A stretch of 64,000 nt of DNA from Raillietiella orientalis (taxonomy: Eukaryota), in the NCBI GenBank assembly GCA_036172245.1, contig JAYWIR010000011.1, positions 2,542,001 through 2,606,000 on the forward strand, in the 5' to 3' direction. The notes below the pieces were generated by a model. It saw only the letters and a list, made by a program, of their open reading frames with translations, did no database searches and was not told where the DNA came from. Shown piece after piece: positions 13,201 through 25,730 of this stretch. The translations under genes were made by a program, and so were the position numbers. Each line of letters opens with the position of its first letter. The first letter of the stretch is position 1.

Positions 13201-13879
13201 TCAGCAGTGCCACTTGGTGCCGCTGGAAAGAAACACAAAGACACACAAATTCGTCAAGGATCGCCTCCTTGACGAATTTACGTTTGCTCTGATTTCTTTG
13301 ATTTGGGCTCCACGCATCTCATCCCGAACGGATCGAGCTCCTCACGAATTTTCGACTGTCCAAAAAACGGCTGGAAGATCCCTGGAAACCCTCGAATTCC
13401 CCTTTCTGCAGCGGTAGCGCGCTGGCTATGTGACCTTAGCAAAGATGTCTTCGCAACCGACGTGCGCCAAATAAGGAAAGAGGTTACGAGGAAGATCTGA
13501 AAACGTTCCAAAGAGCCTTATATTTTAGCGCATCACTAGATAAAATGCCGGATGAAAAGGTGCGCAAAGGCGGAGGAAGTCTAAGAAGGGTGCACGAATC
13601 CTTACCTACAGAACACCATCAAAAAAGGTACCTTCTATCGGGGAAACTATAAATCAGGGGTCCTCCCAGACAAAGAATAACGCAACGTAAATGATGAAGG
13701 GTGAAAACGCATTTATGCTTTATTTAGCTTGGGCTTCGACACGATGCCAACAAGCATTTTTACAATTCAAATCTACAGGAACTAACTTTGTTGGTGCAAA
13801 TATAGGAAAATGAAGTTTAGTGCTTCTTTTTAAGTATGCAGAAGACGCCACTGAAGCAGATCCGGAAAAGATTCCCTAA

Positions 13880-14800
13880 TAAAGCTCCAATAATAAAGTC
13901 CCTCATGAACAAAACTTTTGAATCCTGATTCGTTTTGAAGGATTTTTAAAAGCCTGAACCGAATTCTGAGGAACAGAAATCATCAAACCATGATGCACTC
14001 CGAATATGCAGCAGCAGCAGTGTTTAGGATGCAGGGAATCATTGGATGTGTGTGTGTGTGTGTGTGCCTTTTTTCTTTCAAGGTCAGCACAATGTTTCCT
14101 GCAACCATTCGAAAATGGAGTCATTAAGATGATGGGATGTACCTTGAGAAACTTTGCGTCAGAAAGCAGTTCACCTATCCACTTATTCATTCTGAGAACG
14201 GTCGATGATTTGAAACTTCAAATTGATCAGCCATCTACTCTACAACTATTCCTTCCACCCCACCCCCACCCCACCCACCTCGAATTTCATACTCACAACT
14301 ACACGGAAATACGGTTTTTCAAGAGAGGAACGTACGGGAAAAAAAGTTGGTCGCAGTGGGACTTGCAGGGATTTAGAATTTTCTAACTTGTGATTCCCTC
14401 TCCCCCCTATCATTGCAGTGTGTTCAGTTACCCAATATTTCGGCGTTTTTGTTGCTAACAGTCGAAATCAGCATCCTCTGTTCTAGGGAGGAGAAGACTG
14501 TGTCCGGGTTACTGAATTCATTATGGGAAATAATTAACTGGTTTCGATTGATGCAATCTACTAGAATAGCTGAATAATTATTCTTGATTTCCTGTTTCAG
14601 GAGAACTTCATTTCATAGTAACATCCAAAACGACTCTGTCCTTACCAAACTCGGACCGTTGAGCTGTCCCTTCTCTAAACCCCCTTCTTCCCTGCTCAAA
14701 TCTCCCTCATCTAATGAGATCCTTTTTCCTTTAGCGCCTTGTTTCATTTCGAAAGCCTCAGCATGATTTGTCCCTACTTTGCTTCTTTTGAAAATGCAAT
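13880..14800 (-). mobile_element. Highly eroded, AT-shifted relic of the same LINE family
   Basis: Peptides 'KRISLDEGDLSREEGGLE' and 'WIGELLS...LK.HPII' occur in the family order. DNA CCTGCATCCTAAACACTGCTGC (minus, ~14015-14036) resembles CCGCATCCCTAGCAGCACTGTGC of the 39 kb copy. Confidence 0.35.
14047..14066. repeat. (TG)10 microsatellite
   Basis: Direct reading. Confidence 0.95.
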
Positions 14801-17800
14801 GCAGCAAAATATTTTGGAACACTTTTGCAACACGTAAAATGTAGAAATCACTTGATTATCTAAACATGCCTAAAATGTTAACTGAGTTGACATTTCTATT
14901 TGCATTTAAATAGCTTCATTCGGTAGAGGTGGCAATAGGAAATTTATTAAATAGGGGGAAGCTTTTACATTGAATAAACCTCTGGAAGTACTTGCTATAG
15001 AGTTAGCACTTCATTCTGAAATTATGGCTCATTTAAATTTGAAAAGAAAAGAAAAGAAAAAAAAATACTCATTTACCAAGTGAAAACGAATTCACTGATA
15101 CAGTGCCGATATCGAGTTGGTTACATTACTTATTATGCCTCCCGTTTTAGACCATTTGAAGCACAGCTTTATTTCTCTTGCTTACCAACATTACATAAAC
15201 TGTTGGCGACAGACTTCAATTACGTATAATATCAATTTTTTGATGTGAGGACAGATAGATATAGAAAATACCATTTCAGTGATTTGAAATGTTTGTGATG
15301 GTTTTCTTAAATCCCCACAGCGTGTCTTTATTAGAATATATATATATATACATACATTTTATCATATACAAATATTACTTACTACCAGTATTTCTGTTTT
15401 AAGTTTTTATGAAATATTTTGTCAAATACATGTTCTTGAGTCGTAAATGCAATTGTATGTGTATGGTACTCATATGGAATGCTCTATGGATCACGCAAAA
15501 TCGCAACGATTATACTGCCACTGAATCACTGAACCACATCATGAAATAATTCAATGTTTCCTGAAATTACATATCTTAGTATGGAGACCTATTCAGCGAT
15601 GTTGGCCGTACACATGCTTTTATCTGCAGAGCAGTATTTATAAATGTAACTAAAAATATAATAAAGGTAATATAAATGATCCAAGTTTGGGAACTACCTG
15701 AGGTAATTATATTAATGTCTTTCTATATTCCTAAATATCTTAACCGTGCAGATCTGCAAATAATGCATTCGTACTTTCATAAATTATATCATTATTAGAT
15801 TTCGTTAATAGTATACTTAAGTATAGCGCACAAATTATTCTTTAAATCAGTAACTTGGAATTGGAATTCTTCGAATTCTGCTAAACCCGTTATGAACACA
15901 TGGCTCCCTAATTGTCTTTTTATCTCTTCATCTTAATTATATTCAGGTTTACATATCATTCTGATAGATTTCGAATCTTTGAATCTTTCATCAGTTTAAG
16001 AATTTGATTCTGAATCTAGAGTTCATTAATGGGATAAACCTATTATACAATTCACTGTGTCCACCAAAATTCCAGGATCATATCATCAAATCATTGCATT
16101 ATTTAGCGAATACAAGTAAAAATATGTTTTATAACTCTCGCTTCTTCAATAGGAATAATTTTTTATATCCACTAAGGGAAATAAATATGGAATGTGCACA
16201 GGAGCAACATTATTTCAAAAAAGGGTTTCATTTACTCATTTCATACTTTTAAAGAAACGTTCTTAAAGGAACTAAGATTACTGTCTCAAATCTTTTATTT
16301 GTCTTCTTTTCTGTGTTTGGTGGATTTTTGTCTTTTCACGATAGGATTGTACATACGCTACATTGTTCGTATATTTTATTTCAACTTTATTAATTTTCAT
16401 TCTTTTCAAACATTTCATTCAGTAAGACGTAATGACTTAGTTTACTTAAATATTTGAGTACATAAAAATTTCGTACAACTAGAAAATTTTTTGCATACAT
16501 AACTCACAATTATTTTCTTGATAAAAGTAATCACCATTCTTTCGGACTTTATTCTCCAAAGCCATGTGTGTCTACTAGCCAGTTACCGAAGACAGCTATT
16601 TTGTATGAAGAAGAAGTGCTTGTAACACTGCTTTGGACGACCAAATGTTAAAGAATAGCTTGCTTCCTAAAGAATGCAAGCTTGCTATTTGCAAGCATGC
16701 GATGTTACATAGGAAACCGAAAGCTTTTCTATATTTCATGTTTCACTTCTCTTTCTGTTCTTGTTTTTTTTTTTTTTTATACGGTTTGTGTTTTTGTCGG
16801 TATTTGATATGAGTATGAATAGTATAACCACGAAGTTATGTTTGTGCTTTGTCAGTTAGAAGAGAGCACCACTAACTGGATAATTGAATCGAGATTTCTC
16901 AAGATAAAAAGTTGCAAAGCAATACTTTATGTCATTCTAAAGAGATGTTGATGCTCAAGCTGCATAAAATTGTGTATGTTTTTCAAACCTGATAACATTT
17001 ATTGGTAAGACGAAATTTTCAGATTGAAATTTGAATGACATAAGAAAATCGCATGGTTGCCTAATCAGGAAAAAAATGGATGTATCATGTTGAAATGGAG
17101 ATTTGTGTTTTCAAAATTCATTCCCTTTAGTCTTTATACATAACTTGTGTGTGATTTACGTTTTCTTTTTGTTTTTCGAGATCCGATACAGCCACCGTTT
17201 TCGTGTAGAAAAGTTCGTTCGTTAATTACGCTTGCTTGACTTTTGTGAGAATAGCATGCCCGAATAAAATATGAATAATGGTATCACAATTAGTGTGCAT
17301 CCAACCAGTTTATACATCGCTCCATTTAAGTTGATCCAGAATCTGATCGATATTTAAATAGCTTGGAACATCCTTTTTATGTTATATTATTTCATATTAT
17401 TAATACATGCATAGCACGAAGAAAACAGAAAGAAATATTTAATTCCATCATTCCTTTTCAGGCTTATTCCATTGTTTCCTTATTTAATACATTTCAAAAA
17501 TTCATCTACTTGGAAATTCCATTAAATTGCATTGAAAACTTTTCATTCCGGTAGTGTAAGGATCCATCTAATTAATATATGTAAGAATAATTAGGTCATC
17601 AGTAGTTGGTTATTTATGGGTGTCAGATTGGAGGTTTCGAAAGGTGTGCTTGGTGGTGGACGATGCTTTTTGACTTCTGTATAAGTTGTATATTTTTTGA
17701 GGAATGGTCTTTCTTGCGATACTTTATTTGAGGAATACTCATGCCAAGTATTTTTTGATAGGCTCCATTTATTGTCTGTTTGTAGTGCTATAGACCTATT

Positions 17801-17858
17801 TGATAAATCATAATTTGTCTGTTTCGAAATAATCAAAGCACACAATGTAACTTTTCAG

Positions 17859-20724
17859 TGTAATCATTTATTTAAAACTTCAATCAAATACAAGGAATGC
17901 CAATGATGAAGGTATAATCAAAAAGTGCATATCTCATGAGGATAATCAAAGCTTAGTCATGACAGCCAATGATTCTGTTATACCCTGTCATTTGAAATCC
18001 TTTCCTAATAATATTGTGAGTGATGAATTCAATAATAAAACTGTGGTGTACTCCCGATTGCCTCCCATGTCCACATTAAGACGTAGCATTTTATTGTCAA
18101 GTACTACATTTGCACCCAGAACTGCACCTCATAATGAAGGATTGGCAGCAGCTGTCAGTTTTGTGACCAATGTGGATTCAGAGTGCTTAGTTAGTGTTCC
18201 TTCAAAAATGCTCTCGATCCAAAATCTTAGAGTGTCCCATGATCACGAGCATTCACCACCAAGTGAGATGCTTTCTTTTCCATTTTCTGATAGCCTTAAT
18301 ATTTTAAATAATTCTGGTTTTTCTGTTTCCAAAAATTCTCAAAAGCACTGCCAGTCATCTACCAGAAGTGTTCTAAGTAATGAACTTTCGTGTATTCATG
18401 GACATTTAAGTTCTGATAGAAGTGATTGTGAAAATGTGAAGGAAAGCACAATGCAGTTTACAACAGAGAATGGAGAAGAGTACCATACCATAGAGGGTTC
18501 TCATTGTGATAATAAGCTTGAGAAAACAAACTCAGCAACCAATTTGGGAAAACCAATTAGTGGACATAATACAAATCCCGAAAGTTCCTTAATTTGTGAT
18601 CAGACATGTAATTCTCCTAATTCTGATTCTTTAAATGCAATAGAGAATTCTAATCATCAGTCTACTTGTTCAAGAAAAAGCTGTGAAGTGAACTCTGTGA
18701 AATCAAAGGAATTCAATAGGATTAATTATTGTGATTATTTTGAAAAAATTACATGTTTTAAATGTAAATTTTGTTGTGCCATCATGGAAACCATGGATAA
18801 GATGAAAGAACATTTATTACAGGTTCATGGAGAACTTATTGATAGATCAGAACATTTAGAAATAGCAAAAAGTGATCATAAAGATCAATTTTTTTGTATC
18901 AAATGTGCTATCATATTTACTTCGTTTGATCTGTTGGAAGTTCATGTGCGTAACTGCCATCAGAGTGTTTCTTTACATTATTCCCCTCTTATCAAAGATC
19001 AGAATTGCACATCAGCATGTTTTTTGAATCCTGCTGTTGTTGAGATGGATCATCTGTATGTGAAAAATGGTGGGGATACTGATGTGAATGATGATGATGT
19101 AGCCAGAGCATTCCTTCCTGTGAATTTTGCTCTGAATGGTGCGGAATATAATGGAACAGTCATGGAGGATACATCTTCTATTGCTGATCGAAAATCTGAG
19201 ACTGTTAACATGAATACTTTGTTGAATAACTTGAATACTTCAACAGAATCAGCTGTCATGAAGGAACTTTTGTCAAAAGATCATGATAATCCTTCATTGA
19301 GGGGTAATTCTGTTTCAAGTGTACCCACAATTAAAAAGAGGGGGAGACCACGTGGATCTCGTACTATTGGTTTAGGTATACTGAAGAAAAAGGACCTGGG
19401 ATCCTACAATGAAGACATGCTGCAGGATAAATATGGTATCCGCTGTGGTATTCATGGTTGTGCTGTACGCATGAGAGTATCCTCTAATCTTATATACCAT
19501 AAGAATTGCCATGATAATACTTCAACTGTAGCATTATCTTTCAAATGTCCAGAATGTGGAATTGGAGCAGTGAGTTGGAAAAAAATGAGTTTGCATTTAT
19601 GGAGAAGTCACAATGTGGATATGGAACTCTATGCTTGTGAGCAATGTTCATATAAGACTGTTAGCCATAGCAAACTGATCAATTTACATACACGTATCCA
19701 TACCAAAGAGCGTCCATTTTTGTGTGATCACTGTGGGAAAGGCTTCAAAACAAACAAGCAGTTACGCAATCATAGGGTAAACTAAATTATTTCATGGTGT
19801 GTTGAACATCTCTGTCTAATGAATTCTGTAGGTCATTCATTCGGATAAACGAAAGTCTAAAAAGAGCAATGAGTGTCAGCTGTGTCAGCGCATCTTTTCT
19901 GATCGGCGCATGCTCCGCCATCATTTGGAAACAGTGCATATGAAAATTCGTCGATTTTTATGTAATTTTTGTGGTTACTCTGCTTCCTCTCAGAGTTCTT
20001 TGAAAATGCACATGAGGCAGCATACAGGTTGAGGTGCCATGAGCTTCTCATTTTTTATTCCATATTCTAGGTGAAAAACCATTCCAGTGTGATAAATGCT
20101 GCTATTGCACAGCTGACCACAATTCTCTACGACGCCATCGTATGAAACATTCGGGTGAAAAAAAATATGTATGCCCATTCTGTTCCTATGCTTCCATTCA
20201 GTCCAGTACTTTCAAAGTGCACCTAAAGAATAAGCATCCAGGTAAATAAGTACTAATACAAGGAAGCTTGCATTTGTTTTGAAGGTCAGGAAGACGGATT
20301 GATGTTCAGCTGCTCTTTCTGTGCATACAAAACGGTAAACAAAGAGAACATGGCAGTACACTTATCAGAACACAAACAAAATAAAGAGCAAATAGCACAT
20401 TTCCTTGATAAAGTGAGTTAAATTGCTTTGTGAATTCAGTTTCAAACTTAGCAGCAGCCAGGTAGTGCACTTGATCCTGCTCAACATACTAATGTATTGG
20501 AACTCAATGGAATCTCTAATGAAAATCAGTTATGTACTCCTGTTGAAGAGATACCAAATAATACTTCCCATCCAACTCTTCCACAGTCCTCAGGTCTCAC
20601 AGTATCACAGCTAAAATTAGGTGAAGATGGTCAAATGTATGCCATCATAGCAAGTCAGCAAATGGCTTGGTTGTCTGCAATCAAATCTTCGCCTTGTGAA
20701 AATGAAAATGCTAAATTTTACTGA
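17859..20724 (+). CDS. Multi-C2H2 zinc-finger transcription factor with AT-hook-like motif (5' end unresolved)
   Basis: Exons 17859(or ATG 17959)-19776, 19832-20027, 20071-20241, 20285-20412 and 20452-20724 splice GT-AG in frame. Tandem C2H2 fingers with HTKERPF, HTGEKPF and HSGEKKY linkers; KKRGRPR motif; AATAAA at 20823-20828. Confidence 0.9.
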
Positions 20725-23700
20725 GTTTGTTCTATCAAATGCAAATCAACTGAACATGTACTTAGCCTTACTTATTATGTGATCTTAAAGATACTATTGA
20801 TCTTTAACTTATGTATACTTTAAATAAAAAATTGATAATCATCTTATCAGAAAGGAAAAAATTGCCCTTCTAATTCATGATTTTCCTTAGTTGCATTAGA
20901 TGTGTACATATGTATGTATGTCGCGTTTGTATGCCACAACAGCATGACCAAAGTTCGCCATGTTTGTCAGTTCAAATGCATTCCGCATTTGCTACTCTTG
21001 AAGATTTTAGGCCTGAAACCCTTTGGTTTTGATTAAACTCGAATGCAAGCTAATATGCACCTCATCTGTGGAATCTGTCAAGTGCAGACTGTAGTGGTGG
21101 TTGTAACACCCATGCTACGTAGAGGGCAGTAACGCTCAAGGGGATGTTTACTATTATTTTGCTCTTAAGAAAATGAGATTCACGTGTATTCAAATAAAAC
21201 TCGGATTAGAAGTTGCACTCAATCACTTGTCAAAGTGAAAATTTTAATTCATGTAGCCGCAAGCACATGTAAAAAGTTGTAAGCACCCTCTAAGTGCTGA
21301 TGCGAATTGCTTTGGTAAATCTGTCCGATGGCGGAATTACGAATTGATTTCACGAATTGTACTTCGGTTATACATCTTTCATTTGCATGATAGGGAAACG
21401 AGATTTTTAAGGTGGGAGAGAATGACTTATGAGTAAGAGTAACCACCATGGGAATACAGAGATGTGGGAATCATATACATTGAATTAAATGCTAGTTTGT
21501 TTCAAAACATCGGACACGTGCTACACTGATTACGTCATTACACCAAGGCAACAGGATACAGCGCCTGCACTGTATCGTAAATTTATTAAAGAAAAAAACA
21601 GAGTTGGAGGAAGGAATTAAAATAAAGAGAATGAATTCTGTAACTTCTCTATGGCTTTAAGCATGAAGGAAGAAAAGTACAGAAACAGGAAGTTGATTGA
21701 TTCATCTAAATAGAAAATGTATACCTAAGAGATGAAAGAGCAGACACTAGCATACTAATGTTTTCATACAAAAGCATTCAGTATAGACTTTTCATGTAAT
21801 GGGATTATGTTTCAGTACTAACTGGAAAATGCCACACCAGCAAAAAAACAAGAGATATAAAATTCGAGTTCAAGGAAACATTTATGACGGCCATCAACGC
21901 ATTGGATTTAAGCTAGCAACTGCAAGAAAAGGACCATCCGAAGAACAAGATGTTTGGCACCAGTGAAATGTTATGTATTTTGACAGAGTGCAAATATATT
22001 TTATATTTACGATTTATTGAGTAGTAGTGATATGAATCAGAAAGATATGATTATTGATATCGTCAGTATGCAGAAATAAAGTTACTTGAAAAAATGTATC
22101 CAAAGTATGTTTTGCAATGATTGATTATCTCAATAAACAGTATGGAGATTTAAAAGAAAGGTTATTTTTCATTGCTGGATTAAAATCGGTCTTAGGAAGA
22201 ACGATGCACTCATGACCACGAAGCAGGTGATCGTGCATAACTGGTACATCATTGCCAACAGCATGTTTATGATCTGATTCAGTTTGCAACTTTCTTCATG
22301 TATTCGGGTTTTAGTTACCATTAATGCATTGATTATGCTGAAAATAAATTATCAGAATCATATAGTAAAATTTCGCCTAGTATTTTTTCCATATGAGTGC
22401 GTTAGTTTTATTCATTTCCATATGGTTAAACGAACACAAATTTTCCAGTCAGTTGAACATTTGAACTAAAAACCGAAAAACAGGTAAGTATGCATTGTCG
22501 CTTTGCAATGTATAACTCATATTGGAGTCTTAATTTGCCGATTCATAATATAGGATGTACACAAAAGTAGAATAATCATGCCCTTTTAAACTGATAACTG
22601 TTTTCTTTTAACTGGATAATCCTAGGAGATTGGAGCGAATCCAGAAAGGCTTTTTGTTTGTTGTCGGCTGCATAGATGACTATCTGCCCATGCGAAATTT
22701 TTTTCCTTTGGTCTTCAAATGGCAAAAACGAAAATTTTTTGTCCTTAAAATCACTATGTGCTAGAAGGCAGGATATGTTAGATGGCATGTGATCAATAAC
22801 TTCCGAGGAAATCTGCGGGGAACATATGTATGTATAGGTTGAACCAACACAAGGCAGCGTTAACAGCCAATGACCACTTTATGGTTGCACACGTTCTGAA
22901 AGATTCATACCCTCGATTACCACTTCTATCCAATGTCCAATTAGATCAGATAACTTTCCAGAAAATTCCCAGAAAATGTATTCTTCATACATCATCGTAC
23001 TGCATTTTCCACATTCCATCGATCACAAACTTCGTATATCGTAAAGAGTTCTTCGTGATGTAACGTGTTCAGGTATAGAAAGGAGAGGAAATCAGGAAAA
23101 AAAATTCCATGTTGCCATAGACATATTGTGGCATGAACGAAAGCGAATTCTGTTACGGTGATACTTCATCCGACATTCACAGTGACTGCATTTGGATATG
23201 ATTCTCATTAACCATGTGTCACACAATAGTTCAAGAGTTTGACTCTGCAGAGTTCTCATTCAAGACAGCATAAATAAATGTTTCTCTTTTAGTGAATATG
23301 CAGTGACTGTGATGCATGTATTGAAACAATCAGCGCGGAAGAGCTTCAGATAGGAGCTTTAGGAGAATGGGTTGCCCTCGTGCAAGTTTCACATTGAGAG
23401 AATGACTGATCATTTGCCCATCTTTGGATGTAATTCTGTGGAATTTTTCTTATTGGAATGTGAGACATTGAGCACCATAAGTGAACCTTAGTATCAATGC
23501 ACACTCAAGCTATTTTTTTCTCCACGACATCAGATTCATTTCAAAACCCATGGATTGAAATGGATATCTTCAAGTATGGTATAAAAACTAATGACTCGCA
23601 AAAAATTATCATAGATTCCATCACCACCGAATTTTTAGCAGGAAGCAGGATAAAGATATGCTGTTCCTTAGGTCAAGGCTTACTACCTTCTAGTGATTTA

Positions 23701-24613
23701 GTATTTATATTCTTTGTATGCAATCTGCACTACTATTTAAGCTATATATCGATTTACGTGACTGAATTTCTCAGTCGATGAAAGTTTTTATATTCATCCT
23801 TCATCCCCCTTTTGAATTGCTGCGTATTGTAATTAAATCACCTCTCTCTGGCAGCCTTGAAAGTTGGTATTGTAAATCACTCATTTTATTAATCTCCATG
23901 TTTGCATAGATGAATCACATTATATCCAACATTTAATTTTTCGAGGCATTAAAAAAACATTTTTAAGACCTCAAAGAAGAATATTTTTCCTCTCATAAAG
24001 AGCACACAAAATGAATAATATCGAACACATTGTGACCACACTAACATAAACATAAGCCAAATCAACTCCTTTCTTAAGTCAACCATAACCCATCCTGCGT
24101 AGAAATTAGGCAGATTACATTGTTTATCAAAGCAGATGATTATCTCACACACGGACAGGATCTGTTATTCACGAAAACTGAGAAATGGACATTCAGTTTA
24201 TCTCAGCTGAGTGACTCTGGGCATCTCTCAATGAATAATTGGAAAAACTTCTAAGATCTTTTTGCACACCCCGCAAAAACTTTACTGAGACATCATGTCA
24301 AGATATCAAATCAGCAATGCAAACTTGCAACAGATACAGTGGATAAACATCTCTGAGAGCTATCTAGAGTCTTCAAAACAAGCAGCTTCGTGATACATGC
24401 ACTGAGGATCTCAAAGTAACCCACCTTGATTGATAAAGATATCATTCTTATATTTTGAGCTTGATAGAAGCACATAGAACTTTTGATTTATATTTGCGAG
24501 AGTGTAAAACATAATAAAAACCATATTAAGGCTGCAAAAATTTCACAAAATATATTAACATATGTAAATATTCTCAGAAATTTATTTTTCAAGATGAAAT
24601 CATGTACGAGACC

Positions 24614-24649
24614 GTGAAAATGGATTCAGGATCCTGAATCCATTTTCAC
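24614..24649. repeat. Perfect 36-bp palindrome
   Basis: GTGAAAATGGATTCAGGATCCTGAATCCATTTTCAC equals its own reverse complement. Confidence 0.95.
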
Positions 24650-25730
24650 TGTATTTCATTGTATCTTTTGAAAGTTTTCCTAGGCTGGATTTATGAAAAC
24701 CTCTAGGAGGAGTTTCTATTTTTATGTGAATGAAAATTCTCTCATTGAGAGGTTATTTGAGGAGATATATTTCCCCCATTTGAACGAGTGAAAGATTATT
24801 TGATGCTATGTAGGATGAAGATTTTAAAAGTCTTTCCCAGACACCGAAATAATGGAAAGAATGTGGCTTTTGTCACACTGCTATTCGTCTGGATTGATTT
24901 TGACAGAAGTGATTCTTTCGCTCCATTTCGTATTGGTCTCCAAGTTACGATCCACATTGGTGTTAATCAACTACTAACTATTATACCATTAAATAATGAT
25001 AAATGACAATAGTTAAACGTCTTTGTTCGAATACACATAATCCAATAATCTATTAAGTTTTGTATCATCGTGTTGATGCTTTTTTCTAAACTTCCTAACT
25101 TTTCGTGCCCTTCATATCCTTGAAGCGTCGCGAGGGAACATCCATACAATAGAAAACGCTACATAATGTTTATTAATGATAAATCTACTTGATTGCAAGG
25201 AGAAAAAAGAGATGAAAATGAACAGTTAATTGATTAACACATAATAGTAATAGTTTTTTCTTCTATTATAACAAGCTCTGATTTTGATTTATTAAAATTA
25301 TGAGATTTCAATAAATTTAATGATTAGCAATCAAAAATATAACTTGTCATAAATGAAAAAAAAGTTGCGAACATATGCGATATTTTGAAGCCTATTTTTC
25401 AATTTATTTTGAAGCCTTAATTACAGTCGATGCGTTTATTTGAATAAATACAGATTTGAATGCACTTATTTTTGTTTGTGTTTTGTCCACTGTTATAAGG
25501 TCAAGCACTGAGTTGAACGCTTTGCATTGTGGGTAATCTTCGCATGTCCAAAATCCCTGACTGTTATGAAATTTGTGGCGCCATTTGTGTGGCGTAAAAG
25601 TAATTTTAGTGAAATGTATAATATAATTCGCAAAGCATCCAGATAAACTTCAATATAACTGTAATTAATTTTTTAATTTATGTACAATGTGAATGTTGAA
25701 ATTGTGTCTGATTAGTGGTGGAATTAAAAG

